Source: Gemmatimonadota bacterium (GTDB taxonomy: Bacteria > Gemmatimonadota > Gemmatimonadetes > Palauibacterales > Palauibacteraceae). Taken from it: a stretch of 26,509 nucleotides of DNA. The stretch lies in contig JBDHAC010000040.1 of the NCBI GenBank assembly GCA_039588275.1, positions 1-26,509 on the forward strand, read 5' to 3'. Below, piece after piece: positions 17,942 through 25,432 of the stretch. A program made the translations under genes and the position numbers. Under the pieces are notes generated by a model. That model was not told where the DNA came from and made no database searches. It was given only the letters and a program-made list of their open reading frames with translations. The stretch's first letter is position 1. Each line of letters opens with the position of its first letter.

Positions 17942-18657
17942 ACGCGGATCACCTCTTCTCGCGCGAATATCGGTCCGACGTCGTACGCGAGACCGTGACC
18001 GGCGAACAACTCGGGCGGCACGCTGATGTCTCCCAGGTAGAGCTCCCCCACGTACTCGGCGGCCTCGGGGGAGCGCAGACCCACCTTGGGCATCGCGAGC
18101 GTGAGGGTCGCCGTGGCGCGCATCGTGGGCTCGAGCGCGGCTCCCGTGGTCACGTCCAGACCCGAAGGTGCGTCCAGACTGAGGATGGGAGATCCGTACT
18201 CGTTGCCGAGGCGGATCAGGCGTGCCGCGTCATCGCGTGGAGGTCCCGACAGCCCATACCCGATGATCGCGTCAACCACCAGGTCGACCTCCGAGAGAAC
18301 GGTCGGCCCGTGCATGTCCGTGATCGGGATCCCGAGCCGACTCACGATGTCGAGCTGGTGTTCCGGGACACCGATGAACTCCTCCTCGGGCTTCGCGGTG
18401 ATGACTCGGACGCTGGCCCCCCAACCGTGCAGTCTGCGTGCACACACGAGACCGCCGCCTCCGTTGTTGCCCGTCCCGCACAGGACGAGCACGCTGCGGC
18501 CGATCACGTTGCCACCCAGGAAACGCGACCGGGCGAGACTGCCGAGAACTCGACCGGCGTTCTCCATCATTTGGATGAGCTCGATCCTGAAGTCCTCGAT
18601 CATCGCGCGATCGACTTCGCGCATCTCGCCGGCCGTGAGGTAGGGTATGTCATGCAC
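17938..18657 (-). CDS. nnrE: NAD(P)H-hydrate epimerase, stand-alone YjeF-N domain
   Basis: MREVDR, MMENAG, CGTGNNGGGG, VDAIIGYG, SLDAPSG, TLTLAMPK.GL, DISVP; GAGGAG SD before the GTG. Confidence 0.92.
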   Translation of the reverse strand: MHDIPYLTAGEMREVDRAMIEDFRIELIQMMENAGRVLGSLARSRFLGGNVIGRSVLVLCGTGNNGGGGLVCARRLHGWGASVRVITAKPEEEFIGVPEHQLDIVSRLGIPITDMHGPTVLSEVDLVVDAIIGYGLSGPPRDDAARLIRLGNEYGSPILSLDAPSGLDVTTGAALEPTMRATATLTLAMPKVGLRSPEAAEYVGELYLGDISVPPELFAGHGLAYDVGPIFAREEVIRV

Positions 18658-18769
18658 GGCGCACGCTCCTCGCAGGGGTGCTGATCGATCTGCAACCTGT
18701 CGCGCGGGACGCCCGAAGAGAAGATTGGGTCGGGCGTGTCACCCGAGGCCTCAACGGAAGGAGGGGCGG

Positions 18770-19330
18770 TTGGCGTCGCAACCGGATGCCCGGCATGCCG
18801 TCGAGGAGATGATCCGTATCCTCTCCCGCACCCCGGGCACGATCCGGGCTCTCCTCGAGGATCTCCCCGAAGACCTGCTGCATGCGGACGAGGGCGAGGG
18901 CACGTTCAGCCCGTTCTCCGTGCTCGGTCACCTGATCGAGGGAGAGACGAAGGACTGGATCCCCCGCGCGCGCATCATCCTGTCCGAGGGGTCGTGGCGC
19001 CCATTCGAGCCCTTCGACCGATTCGCGCACGTGGATCGCACCGTCGGCCGGAGCCTGACCGATCTCCTGGAGGAGTTCGAGCGGCTGAGGACGGCCAACC
19101 TGGCCAGCCTGCAGGAGCTGCTGGAGGGGGGTGCTGAGCTGGATGCGGTCGGCATGCACCCCGAATTGGGAGAAGTGACGTTCGCCGAGCTGCTCGCGAC
19201 GTGGGTTGTCCATGACCTGAATCACCTGGCTCAGATCGCTCGCGTCGTCGCGCGGCAGTTCGAGGACGATGTCGGACCCTGGAAGGCGTACCTTCCCATT
19301 CTCACACCTCGCGAGCCGCCTCCCGCGTAG
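18770..19330 (+). CDS. DinB/YfiT-family protein (metal-dependent thiol transferase-like)
   Basis: LSRTP..L..LL, VLGHL..GE..DWIPR, HPELG.VT, WVVHDLNHLAQI His triad; TTG 18770 with GGAAGGAGG SD. Confidence 0.88.
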   Translation: MASQPDARHAVEEMIRILSRTPGTIRALLEDLPEDLLHADEGEGTFSPFSVLGHLIEGETKDWIPRARIILSEGSWRPFEPFDRFAHVDRTVGRSLTDLLEEFERLRTANLASLQELLEGGAELDAVGMHPELGEVTFAELLATWVVHDLNHLAQIARVVARQFEDDVGPWKAYLPILTPREPPPA

Positions 19331-19346
19331 CCCGGTCCGCCCGCGC

Positions 19347-20465
19347 TCAGCCAGCGGCGAGGCCCCGCTCCTCACGCGCCTGCGCGACCGCGCCGGCCAG
19401 CGACTTCTCGTACGGCGGTCGGTGTATACCCTGCTCCGTGACGATGCCGGCGATCATCCCGGCCGGCGTGACGTCGAACGCCGGGCTCCACACTGCGGCG
19501 TCTTCCGGTGCCGTGAGCGTGCCAAAGCCTCGTCGGACCTCGTCCGCGCTTCGGTGCTCGATCGGGATCTGTCCACCGGTGGCCGTGTCGAGGTCGACGG
19601 TCGAGGTGGGCGCGAGCACGTAGAATGGAACTCCGTGGTGCTGGGCGAGGACCGCGAGTCCGTACGTGCCCACTTTGTTCGCTACGTCCCCGTTCGCCAC
19701 GATGCGATCCGAGCCCACGAACACGATATCCGGTGGCCTCTGAGCGAAAAGCGCACCGGCCATGTTGTCGGAGATGACGGTGACCTCCACACCCGCTTGC
19801 GAGAGCTCCCATGCGGTCAGTCGGCTTCCCTGCAAAAGGGGGCGGGTCTCGTCCGCGAACACGTGCACGCGCAAGCCGCGCTCGGTGGCCACGTACACGG
19901 GGGCGAGAGCCGTTCCGATCCCACCCGTGGCCAGGGCTCCCGCGTTACAGTGGGTGATCACGCTCGCCCCGTCAGGGAGCAGCGAAGCGGCATGCTCCCC
20001 GATCCGGCGGCACATCCGCCGGTCCTCTTCGAGAATCGCACTCGCTTCGAGGGCGAGACGCTCGGCCAGCGCTTCCGCCGTCTCGTCGGGTCGTGGCGGG
20101 AAGGCCGCCCGCATGCGGTCGATCGCCCACTGCAGGTTCACGGCGGTGGGGCGGGCGTCAGCGAGGCGGTCTGCCCAGGAGGTCAACCGGTTCAGCAAAT
20201 GCTCGCTCATGAGGTCCGCGTTCCTCGCCTCGCGGCGCGCGAGGGCCGCGAGGCCCATCGCAGCCGTGATACCGATGAGGGGAGCGCCGCGCACGCGGAG
20301 ACTCTGAATCGCTTCCTCTATATCGTCGAGCGCGCGAAGCTCGAGCTCCACGCGCTCGCCCGGGAGCCGGGTCTGGTCGAGGATCACGAGTCCAGCGCCA
20401 TCCTCGGTCCAGCGGATCGTCTCGGGGATCGCCAGGCGGTCGTTCATGCGCCCCAAGCTATGCAC
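19347..20465 (-). CDS. mtnA: S-methyl-5-thioribose-1-phosphate isomerase
   Basis: LDQTRLP, VRGAPLIG, RPTAVNL, THCNAGALAT, DETRPLLQGSRLTAWEL, NGDVANKVGTY, PAFDVTP. GTG 20465 has a GGAGG SD; alternative ATG at 20447. Confidence 0.96.
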   Translation of the reverse strand: MHSLGRMNDRLAIPETIRWTEDGAGLVILDQTRLPGERVELELRALDDIEEAIQSLRVRGAPLIGITAAMGLAALARREARNADLMSEHLLNRLTSWADRLADARPTAVNLQWAIDRMRAAFPPRPDETAEALAERLALEASAILEEDRRMCRRIGEHAASLLPDGASVITHCNAGALATGGIGTALAPVYVATERGLRVHVFADETRPLLQGSRLTAWELSQAGVEVTVISDNMAGALFAQRPPDIVFVGSDRIVANGDVANKVGTYGLAVLAQHHGVPFYVLAPTSTVDLDTATGGQIPIEHRSADEVRRGFGTLTAPEDAAVWSPAFDVTPAGMIAGIVTEQGIHRPPYEKSLAGAVAQAREERGLAAG

Positions 20466-20564
20466 GGCTGCCTCCCCCGTCAGCCTCGGGGGGCGGCCGC
20501 ACCGCTGGTCCGGCGCCCACCCACGGCCGTAACTTTCTCACATACCACTGCAAGGAGCGACACG

Positions 20565-21041
20565 ATGACCACTAGACAGGCAATGCTAGTCCTAGTCGGC
20601 GCGCTCCTGGCGAGCGGGTGCGGCCCCAGCGCTGAGGAGGAGGCCGCACGCCAGGCAGAGGACTTGCGCATGGCTCGCGCCGACTCGGTCGCGACCGCGG
20701 AAGCCATGTACGACTCCGCGGTCTTCGACACCATCCAGTGGGCGAGCCAGGACACTCTTCTCGCGCGCGGCGCGCTGGTGTGGCGGGTCAGCTGCCAGAA
20801 ATGCCACGGAATGGAAGGCCGCGGTGACGGTGCGCTCGCCGTAGAGCATACGCTCGACATGCCGGACCTGTTGGTGGATGACTGGCAGTACGCGGGCGAT
20901 GTTACGGCTATTCGGCATCGGGTCTACGTCGGGCATGAATCCGAGATGCCGGCGTGGGGTTTGTACGGGCTGTCCTACCGGGATGTCGATGCCGTAGCCA
21001 AGCACATCGAAGCGGTGATCCGCGCCCCATCGACGGATTGA
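20565..21041 (+). CDS. Monoheme cytochrome c lipoprotein
   Basis: AAGGAG SD, ATG 20565, lipobox LASGC, heme motif CQKCH, distal MPAW axial Met; it is the C-terminal part of track ORF 19269..21041. Confidence 0.88.
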   Translation: MTTRQAMLVLVGALLASGCGPSAEEEAARQAEDLRMARADSVATAEAMYDSAVFDTIQWASQDTLLARGALVWRVSCQKCHGMEGRGDGALAVEHTLDMPDLLVDDWQYAGDVTAIRHRVYVGHESEMPAWGLYGLSYRDVDAVAKHIEAVIRAPSTD

Positions 21042-21051
21042 AGAGGGCCAC

Positions 21052-21208
21052 ATCCACACCGCGCATCTGAAGCTGGCGGACGCGCTCGCGCGCCTCAGCG
21101 AGAGCGAGCGGTCCGCCTCGCTTTACCGCTGTAGTCGAGCATCATTTCGAGGAATTCACCGACGACCTCGCGGTCCGGGTCCTGTTCTTCGGACCCGAAG
21201 CCGGCGAG
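21052..21208 (+). pseudogene. Decayed cupin-domain gene (internal deletion plus frameshift)
   Basis: One frame reads (I)HTAHLKLADALARLSESERSASLYR; another reads VVEHHFEEFTDDLAVRVLFFGPEAGE, like the cupin C-terminus GVEHRFEDFTDDLAVWVxFYGPEGGE. The central metal-binding part is missing, and ATC sits where ATG is expected after GAAGAGGG. Confidence 0.6.
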
Positions 21209-21261
21209 GTCTCCACCGGCGGGTTCCGTCTGACAAACACGGGTAGACGCAGGAGGAGCTC

Positions 21262-23343
21262 ATGCGGCTGTTGAACGTGCTGTGGGCCGGTCTGGCGGTG
21301 CTTATCGGTGCACCGCTGGTGGGGCAGGATGCAGCGAGCGCGGGTGAACGAGACGATGGGCACTTTCAGCCTGCGGACGTCTTCCAGCTCGAGTTCGCCG
21401 GGGACCCGCAGATCTCACCGGACGGATCGCAGATCGTGTACGTGCGCTCCTCGAACGACATCATGTCCGACCGAACCCGGGGAGAGATCTGGATCCTGAA
21501 CTTCGACGGCAGCGAACATCGCCCGCTGATCACGGGCCCCGCCAATTACTCGGCTCCACGCTGGTCGCCTGACGGCTCGCAGTTACTGTACGTGTCGACG
21601 GACCGGAACGAGAGGCGGCAGCTCTTCCTCCGGTGGATGGATACGGGTGAGACCGCGAAGCTCACCAACCTCCAGCGGTCGCCGGGCGGACTGAGCTGGT
21701 CTCCCGATGGGAGCCGGATCGCATTCAGCATGTTCATGCCGATGTCGCCCGAGCCGTTCGCCACTTTGCCCCGCAAGCCCGAGGGCGCGGACTGGGCCCC
21801 GCCGGCCACGACGTACGAACGGCTCATCTATCGGCGCGATGGGCAGGGATTCCTTCGACAGGGGCAGCAGCATCTGTTCGTGATCCCCGTGGAGGGCGGG
21901 ACGCCCCGCCAGCTGACCCACGGCCCCTACAATCACGGAGGCACCCCGTCCTGGACACCCGATGGTCAATACCTCCTCATCTCGGCTAACCGCCGCGAAA
22001 ACTGGGAATACCAGACCGGAAACAGGGAGGTGTACGAGGTGGCCGTTTCGGACGGGTCGGTCCGTCCTCTGACGGACCGCCTTGGGCCGGACAACAGCCC
22101 GATCGTGTCACCCGATGGGTCGCTGATCGCGTACACCGGGTTTGACGACCGTTATCAGGGGTTCCAGATCACCGAGCTGTACGTGATGAATCGGGACGGT
22201 AGTGGGGCACGCTCGCTGACAGATGGGCTCGACCGGAGTGTCGGTCAGGCCAGGTGGTCCGCGGACGGGAGAGGTCTCTTCTTCCAGTATTCCACCGAAG
22301 GAAACAGCAAGGTCGCATACGTGACGCTCGACGGGAGCGTTCGCGAGCTCGCGACCGATCTTGGCGGGCTGTCGATCGGTCGGCCGTACTCCGGTGGGTC
22401 CTACTCCGTCGCGCGCAACGGTCGCTTCGCGTTCACCCACTCCAGACCCGATCACCCGTCGGACGTGGCCGTCGGGGGCCCGGGGCAGGAAACGCGGCGC
22501 CTCACGGCTCTGAACGAGGACCTGTTCGGGCACAAGGAGCTCGGCCAGGTGGAGGAGATCTGGTACGAGTCATCGTACGATGGCCGGCGAATCCAGGGGT
22601 GGATCGTCAAGCCGCCGGGCTTCGACCCGAATCGAAAGTACCCACTCATCCTGGAGATCCACGGCGGACCGTTCGCCAACTACGGTGACCGCTTTTCGGC
22701 GGAGATCCAGCTATACGCCGCCGCGGGTTACGTCGTTCTGTACACGAACCCACGCGGCAGCACGAGTTACGGAGAGGAATTCGGGAACCTGATCCACCAC
22801 GCGTACCCCGGGGACGACTTCCACGACCTCATGTCGGGGGTGGACGCGGTGATCGAGCAGGGGTTCGTGGACGAGGACCAGCTGTTCGTGACGGGGGGAA
22901 GCGGCGGGGGTGTTCTGTCCAGCTGGATCGTCGGACATACGGACCGGTTCGCCGGCGCCGCCGTCCAGAAGCCGGTGATCAACTGGTACAGCTGGGTGCT
23001 GACCGCGGACATGGGTGGCAGGGCGGCGGAGTACTGGTTCCCTTCGCTCCCGTGGGAGGACCCGGATCATTACCTGAGTCGCTCGCCCATCCAGTTCGTC
23101 GGGAACGTGAAGACCCCCACCATGCTAATCACGGGCGAGGTGGACTGGCGAACGCCCATGTCCGAGTCGGAGCAATTCTACCAGGCCCTCAAGATCCGCG
23201 AGATCGATGCGGCGCTGGTTCGGATCCCGGAGGCATCACACGGTATCGCGGCGCGCCCCAGCCATCTGATCTCCAAGGTGGCGCACATACTGGCCTGGTT
23301 CGAGCGCTACCGGACGAAGGACGAGGTCGCGGCTCAGGAGTAG
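21262..23343 (+). CDS. Secreted S9 family peptidase (acylaminoacyl/dipeptidyl peptidase-like)
   Basis: AGGAGG SD, signal peptide, WSPDG repeats, IHGGP, NPRGSTSYG, triad GGSGGG / GEVDWRTP / ASHGI. Confidence 0.95.
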   Translation: MRLLNVLWAGLAVLIGAPLVGQDAASAGERDDGHFQPADVFQLEFAGDPQISPDGSQIVYVRSSNDIMSDRTRGEIWILNFDGSEHRPLITGPANYSAPRWSPDGSQLLYVSTDRNERRQLFLRWMDTGETAKLTNLQRSPGGLSWSPDGSRIAFSMFMPMSPEPFATLPRKPEGADWAPPATTYERLIYRRDGQGFLRQGQQHLFVIPVEGGTPRQLTHGPYNHGGTPSWTPDGQYLLISANRRENWEYQTGNREVYEVAVSDGSVRPLTDRLGPDNSPIVSPDGSLIAYTGFDDRYQGFQITELYVMNRDGSGARSLTDGLDRSVGQARWSADGRGLFFQYSTEGNSKVAYVTLDGSVRELATDLGGLSIGRPYSGGSYSVARNGRFAFTHSRPDHPSDVAVGGPGQETRRLTALNEDLFGHKELGQVEEIWYESSYDGRRIQGWIVKPPGFDPNRKYPLILEIHGGPFANYGDRFSAEIQLYAAAGYVVLYTNPRGSTSYGEEFGNLIHHAYPGDDFHDLMSGVDAVIEQGFVDEDQLFVTGGSGGGVLSSWIVGHTDRFAGAAVQKPVINWYSWVLTADMGGRAAEYWFPSLPWEDPDHYLSRSPIQFVGNVKTPTMLITGEVDWRTPMSESEQFYQALKIREIDAALVRIPEASHGIAARPSHLISKVAHILAWFERYRTKDEVAAQE

Positions 23344-23392
23344 CGTTGCCGCAGAGCGCCGGAATGGGGCTCCAGCTCGTGGCCGGGGGGGA

Positions 23393-23411
23393 AGCCGATC
23401 TGAGATCGGCT
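23393..23411. terminator. Hairpin between convergent genes
   Basis: AGCCGATC-TGA-GATCGGCT perfect 8-bp stem between convergent stops; no clear U-tract. Confidence 0.35.
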
Positions 23412-23414
23412 CCG

Positions 23415-24044
23415 TCAGCCGGCTGGTCCGAGGCTGGCGACCAGGAGCACGCCGAACGTGAACCGGGTTCCGTCCTCGGTGTCGCTTACCCGCGTCATCA
23501 ATTCGACGGACCATCCGACGGGTGCAGCGGACGCGAGCGAGTACCCCCACGTCAGCCCCGCCGCGTAGCCGCCCTCCGTGGCTCGCTCCGCCCCGGCGCA
23601 GGTGTCCGCGATGGGGTCGCAATCCCTCCCGACCTCCAGGTCGTGGATGCCGAGACCCAGCCCTGGACGCAGGAACGTCCGCTCCGATGTCGTGATCTGA
23701 GCCGATAGGAGAAGGTGAGTCGTCCGAAACACTTCCGTGTCGAAGTCGCCGCTGAAGTTGGCCGGGTCCGGATCGCCATCGATGAGCCTCGCGATGTCGC
23801 CTTCGAGCACCGCCGCCACGGTGCGGCTCAGATCCACGCCGAGACGCGCGGAGCCGGTGAGACCGGCCACGGTCCCTTCGCGGGCAGTCACTCCTCCAGC
23901 ACCGAGACCGGCTCCGACCCACAGTGTGCCGCTCGGAGTCTCCTGGGCGTCGAGGGGGGATGCGGTGAGGGCCGCGAAGAGCCAGACGGCAGCCGCCGGG
24001 AGTGCCCGGTCGGCGCTTGTCCGAGCCCTCCTGTCGGTCTTCAT
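23415..24044 (-). CDS. Exported hypothetical protein, possible outer-membrane beta-barrel
   Basis: AGGAG SD, ATG 24044 (MKTDRR), signal peptide ending LDA-Q, alternating Gly/hydrophobic strands (WVGAGLGAG, FLRPGLGLG, YAAGLTWGY, FTFGV). Confidence 0.65.
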   Translation of the reverse strand: MKTDRRARTSADRALPAAAVWLFAALTASPLDAQETPSGTLWVGAGLGAGGVTAREGTVAGLTGSARLGVDLSRTVAAVLEGDIARLIDGDPDPANFSGDFDTEVFRTTHLLLSAQITTSERTFLRPGLGLGIHDLEVGRDCDPIADTCAGAERATEGGYAAGLTWGYSLASAAPVGWSVELMTRVSDTEDGTRFTFGVLLVASLGPAG

Positions 24045-24051
24045 GTCGCTC

Positions 24052-24255
24052 CTACGAACCGTCCGAAGATGAGGTGCCTCGTCTGAGCGAGATGCCCGCG
24101 ACGAACAGCACGGCCGCGGCCAGTAGGAGAATCCGGATCGAATCCCTCGCGTTCCCGGCACCCTCGATGAGGTCCCAGACCGCGAGGCCGATGGCCACGA
24201 GCGCCAGCGCCGCGGCGGCGATGGAGACGTACTTGACGACGGGTCTTCCGTTCAT
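24052..24255 (-). CDS. Small two-TM membrane protein (67 aa)
   Basis: MNGRPVVKYVSIAAAALALVAIGLAVW..IRILLLAAAVLFVAGISL; fills the gap tightly between the flanking genes (4 and 7 nt). Confidence 0.65.
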   Translation of the reverse strand: MNGRPVVKYVSIAAAALALVAIGLAVWDLIEGAGNARDSIRILLLAAAVLFVAGISLRRGTSSSDGS

Positions 24256-24259
24256 GGGT

Positions 24260-25417
24260 TCAACACAGGCTGCGTCGCACACGGCTGCCGATACCGGTCA
24301 GTCGGTCTAGCGGCTCGTTGCTGAACACGAGCCGAATCAAGCGGTCCGCGTCTCGCTTACCCCAGTAGCTCATCGGAGTGGCTGCGATCCTCCCCCGGTC
24401 CAGGAGACGGGTGGAGGCGGATCCGGCGTCGTGACCCAGAGCGCCCGTATCCAGCAGCATCGACCAACCACCGGCCGCCGGCATCAGCGGGAGATCTGCC
24501 AACTCCTGGACGACTAGATCCCGTCTTCGCTGCCACTCGCGCACCGCGTCCCGCACATCGTCCGCCTCGTCGGGTGCGGACAGTACGGCTGCGGCAGCCG
24601 GCTGAGCGATCCCGACCGGTGTCACGACGTTGTAGATCCCGGCGCGGGCGACGCCGGCGATCACCTCGGTCGGCCCCACGACCCAGCCGACGCGCCACCC
24701 GATCATCCGATACTCCTTCGATACGGATCCGATCGTGATCGTCCGCCCGGCCATCCCGGGGAGACTCGCGGGGTGGAGATACGGTCGGCCGTCGAACAGG
24801 ATTCGCTCCATCGCCGCGTTGTACAGCAGCCAGGCGTCTCTCTCACGGCAGGTCTGCGCGATCGCCGACCATTCTTCGGGCGAAAGCACGGCACCCGAGG
24901 GCATGGAGGGGTTCATGATGAACAGGGCCCTGGTGCGATCCGACGTCAGCCGAGCCAGCTCGTCGAGATCCAGACGCCATTCGGGCCCGTCACGCACCAA
25001 AGGCACGAGCCGCGGATGCGCACCGACCAGCCGTACACGCTGGATCATGCCCGCGTAGGTCGGGTCGGTCAGTATCACCTCGTCGCCCCGGTCGGTCGTG
25101 GCCAGCAACGCGTTCAGCATCCCTTCGGTGCCGCCGGCGGTGATCACGCACTGCGCGTCCGGGTCGTACGGGACTCCCGCCAGCCGGCCCACGTGCCGTG
25201 CCGCCGCGACGCGGAGCTCGACGCGTCCCGTGAAGGGCAGGTAGCTGTTCGCATCGTCGTCGCCGACGGCGGCACGCGTAACGTCCAGCGCCACCTTCGG
25301 AGGAGCGATATCGGTGTCGAGGTTCTCGAGCCGCAGCACCTCGGGACCCTCGCCTGCTGCTGCGGCCACCTCGTCGATCGAGAACCCCGGGATGTGCCGC
25401 AGGCGTTCGACGGTCAC
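24260..25417 (-). CDS. PLP-dependent aminotransferase class I/II
   Basis: ITAGGTEG, DPTY, NPSMPSG, GSVSKEYRMIGWRVGW (PLP Lys), IRLVFS. Confidence 0.92.
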   Translation of the reverse strand: MTVERLRHIPGFSIDEVAAAAGEGPEVLRLENLDTDIAPPKVALDVTRAAVGDDDANSYLPFTGRVELRVAAARHVGRLAGVPYDPDAQCVITAGGTEGMLNALLATTDRGDEVILTDPTYAGMIQRVRLVGAHPRLVPLVRDGPEWRLDLDELARLTSDRTRALFIMNPSMPSGAVLSPEEWSAIAQTCRERDAWLLYNAAMERILFDGRPYLHPASLPGMAGRTITIGSVSKEYRMIGWRVGWVVGPTEVIAGVARAGIYNVVTPVGIAQPAAAAVLSAPDEADDVRDAVREWQRRRDLVVQELADLPLMPAAGGWSMLLDTGALGHDAGSASTRLLDRGRIAATPMSYWGKRDADRLIRLVFSNEPLDRLTGIGSRVRRSLC

Positions 25418-25432
25418 GGGATCTCTCCGAAG

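Noticed and set aside
19269..20564. N-terminal 430 aa of track ORF 19269..21041
   Set aside because: Antisense shadow of mtnA; the real cytochrome c starts at ATG 20565 with its own SD and signal peptide.
21075..21211. Two long GC-rich hairpins (21075-21117, 21164-21211) as a novel structured RNA
   Set aside because: The region is better explained as a cupin remnant, and such stems are common at this GC content; a terminator role for the first is not excluded.
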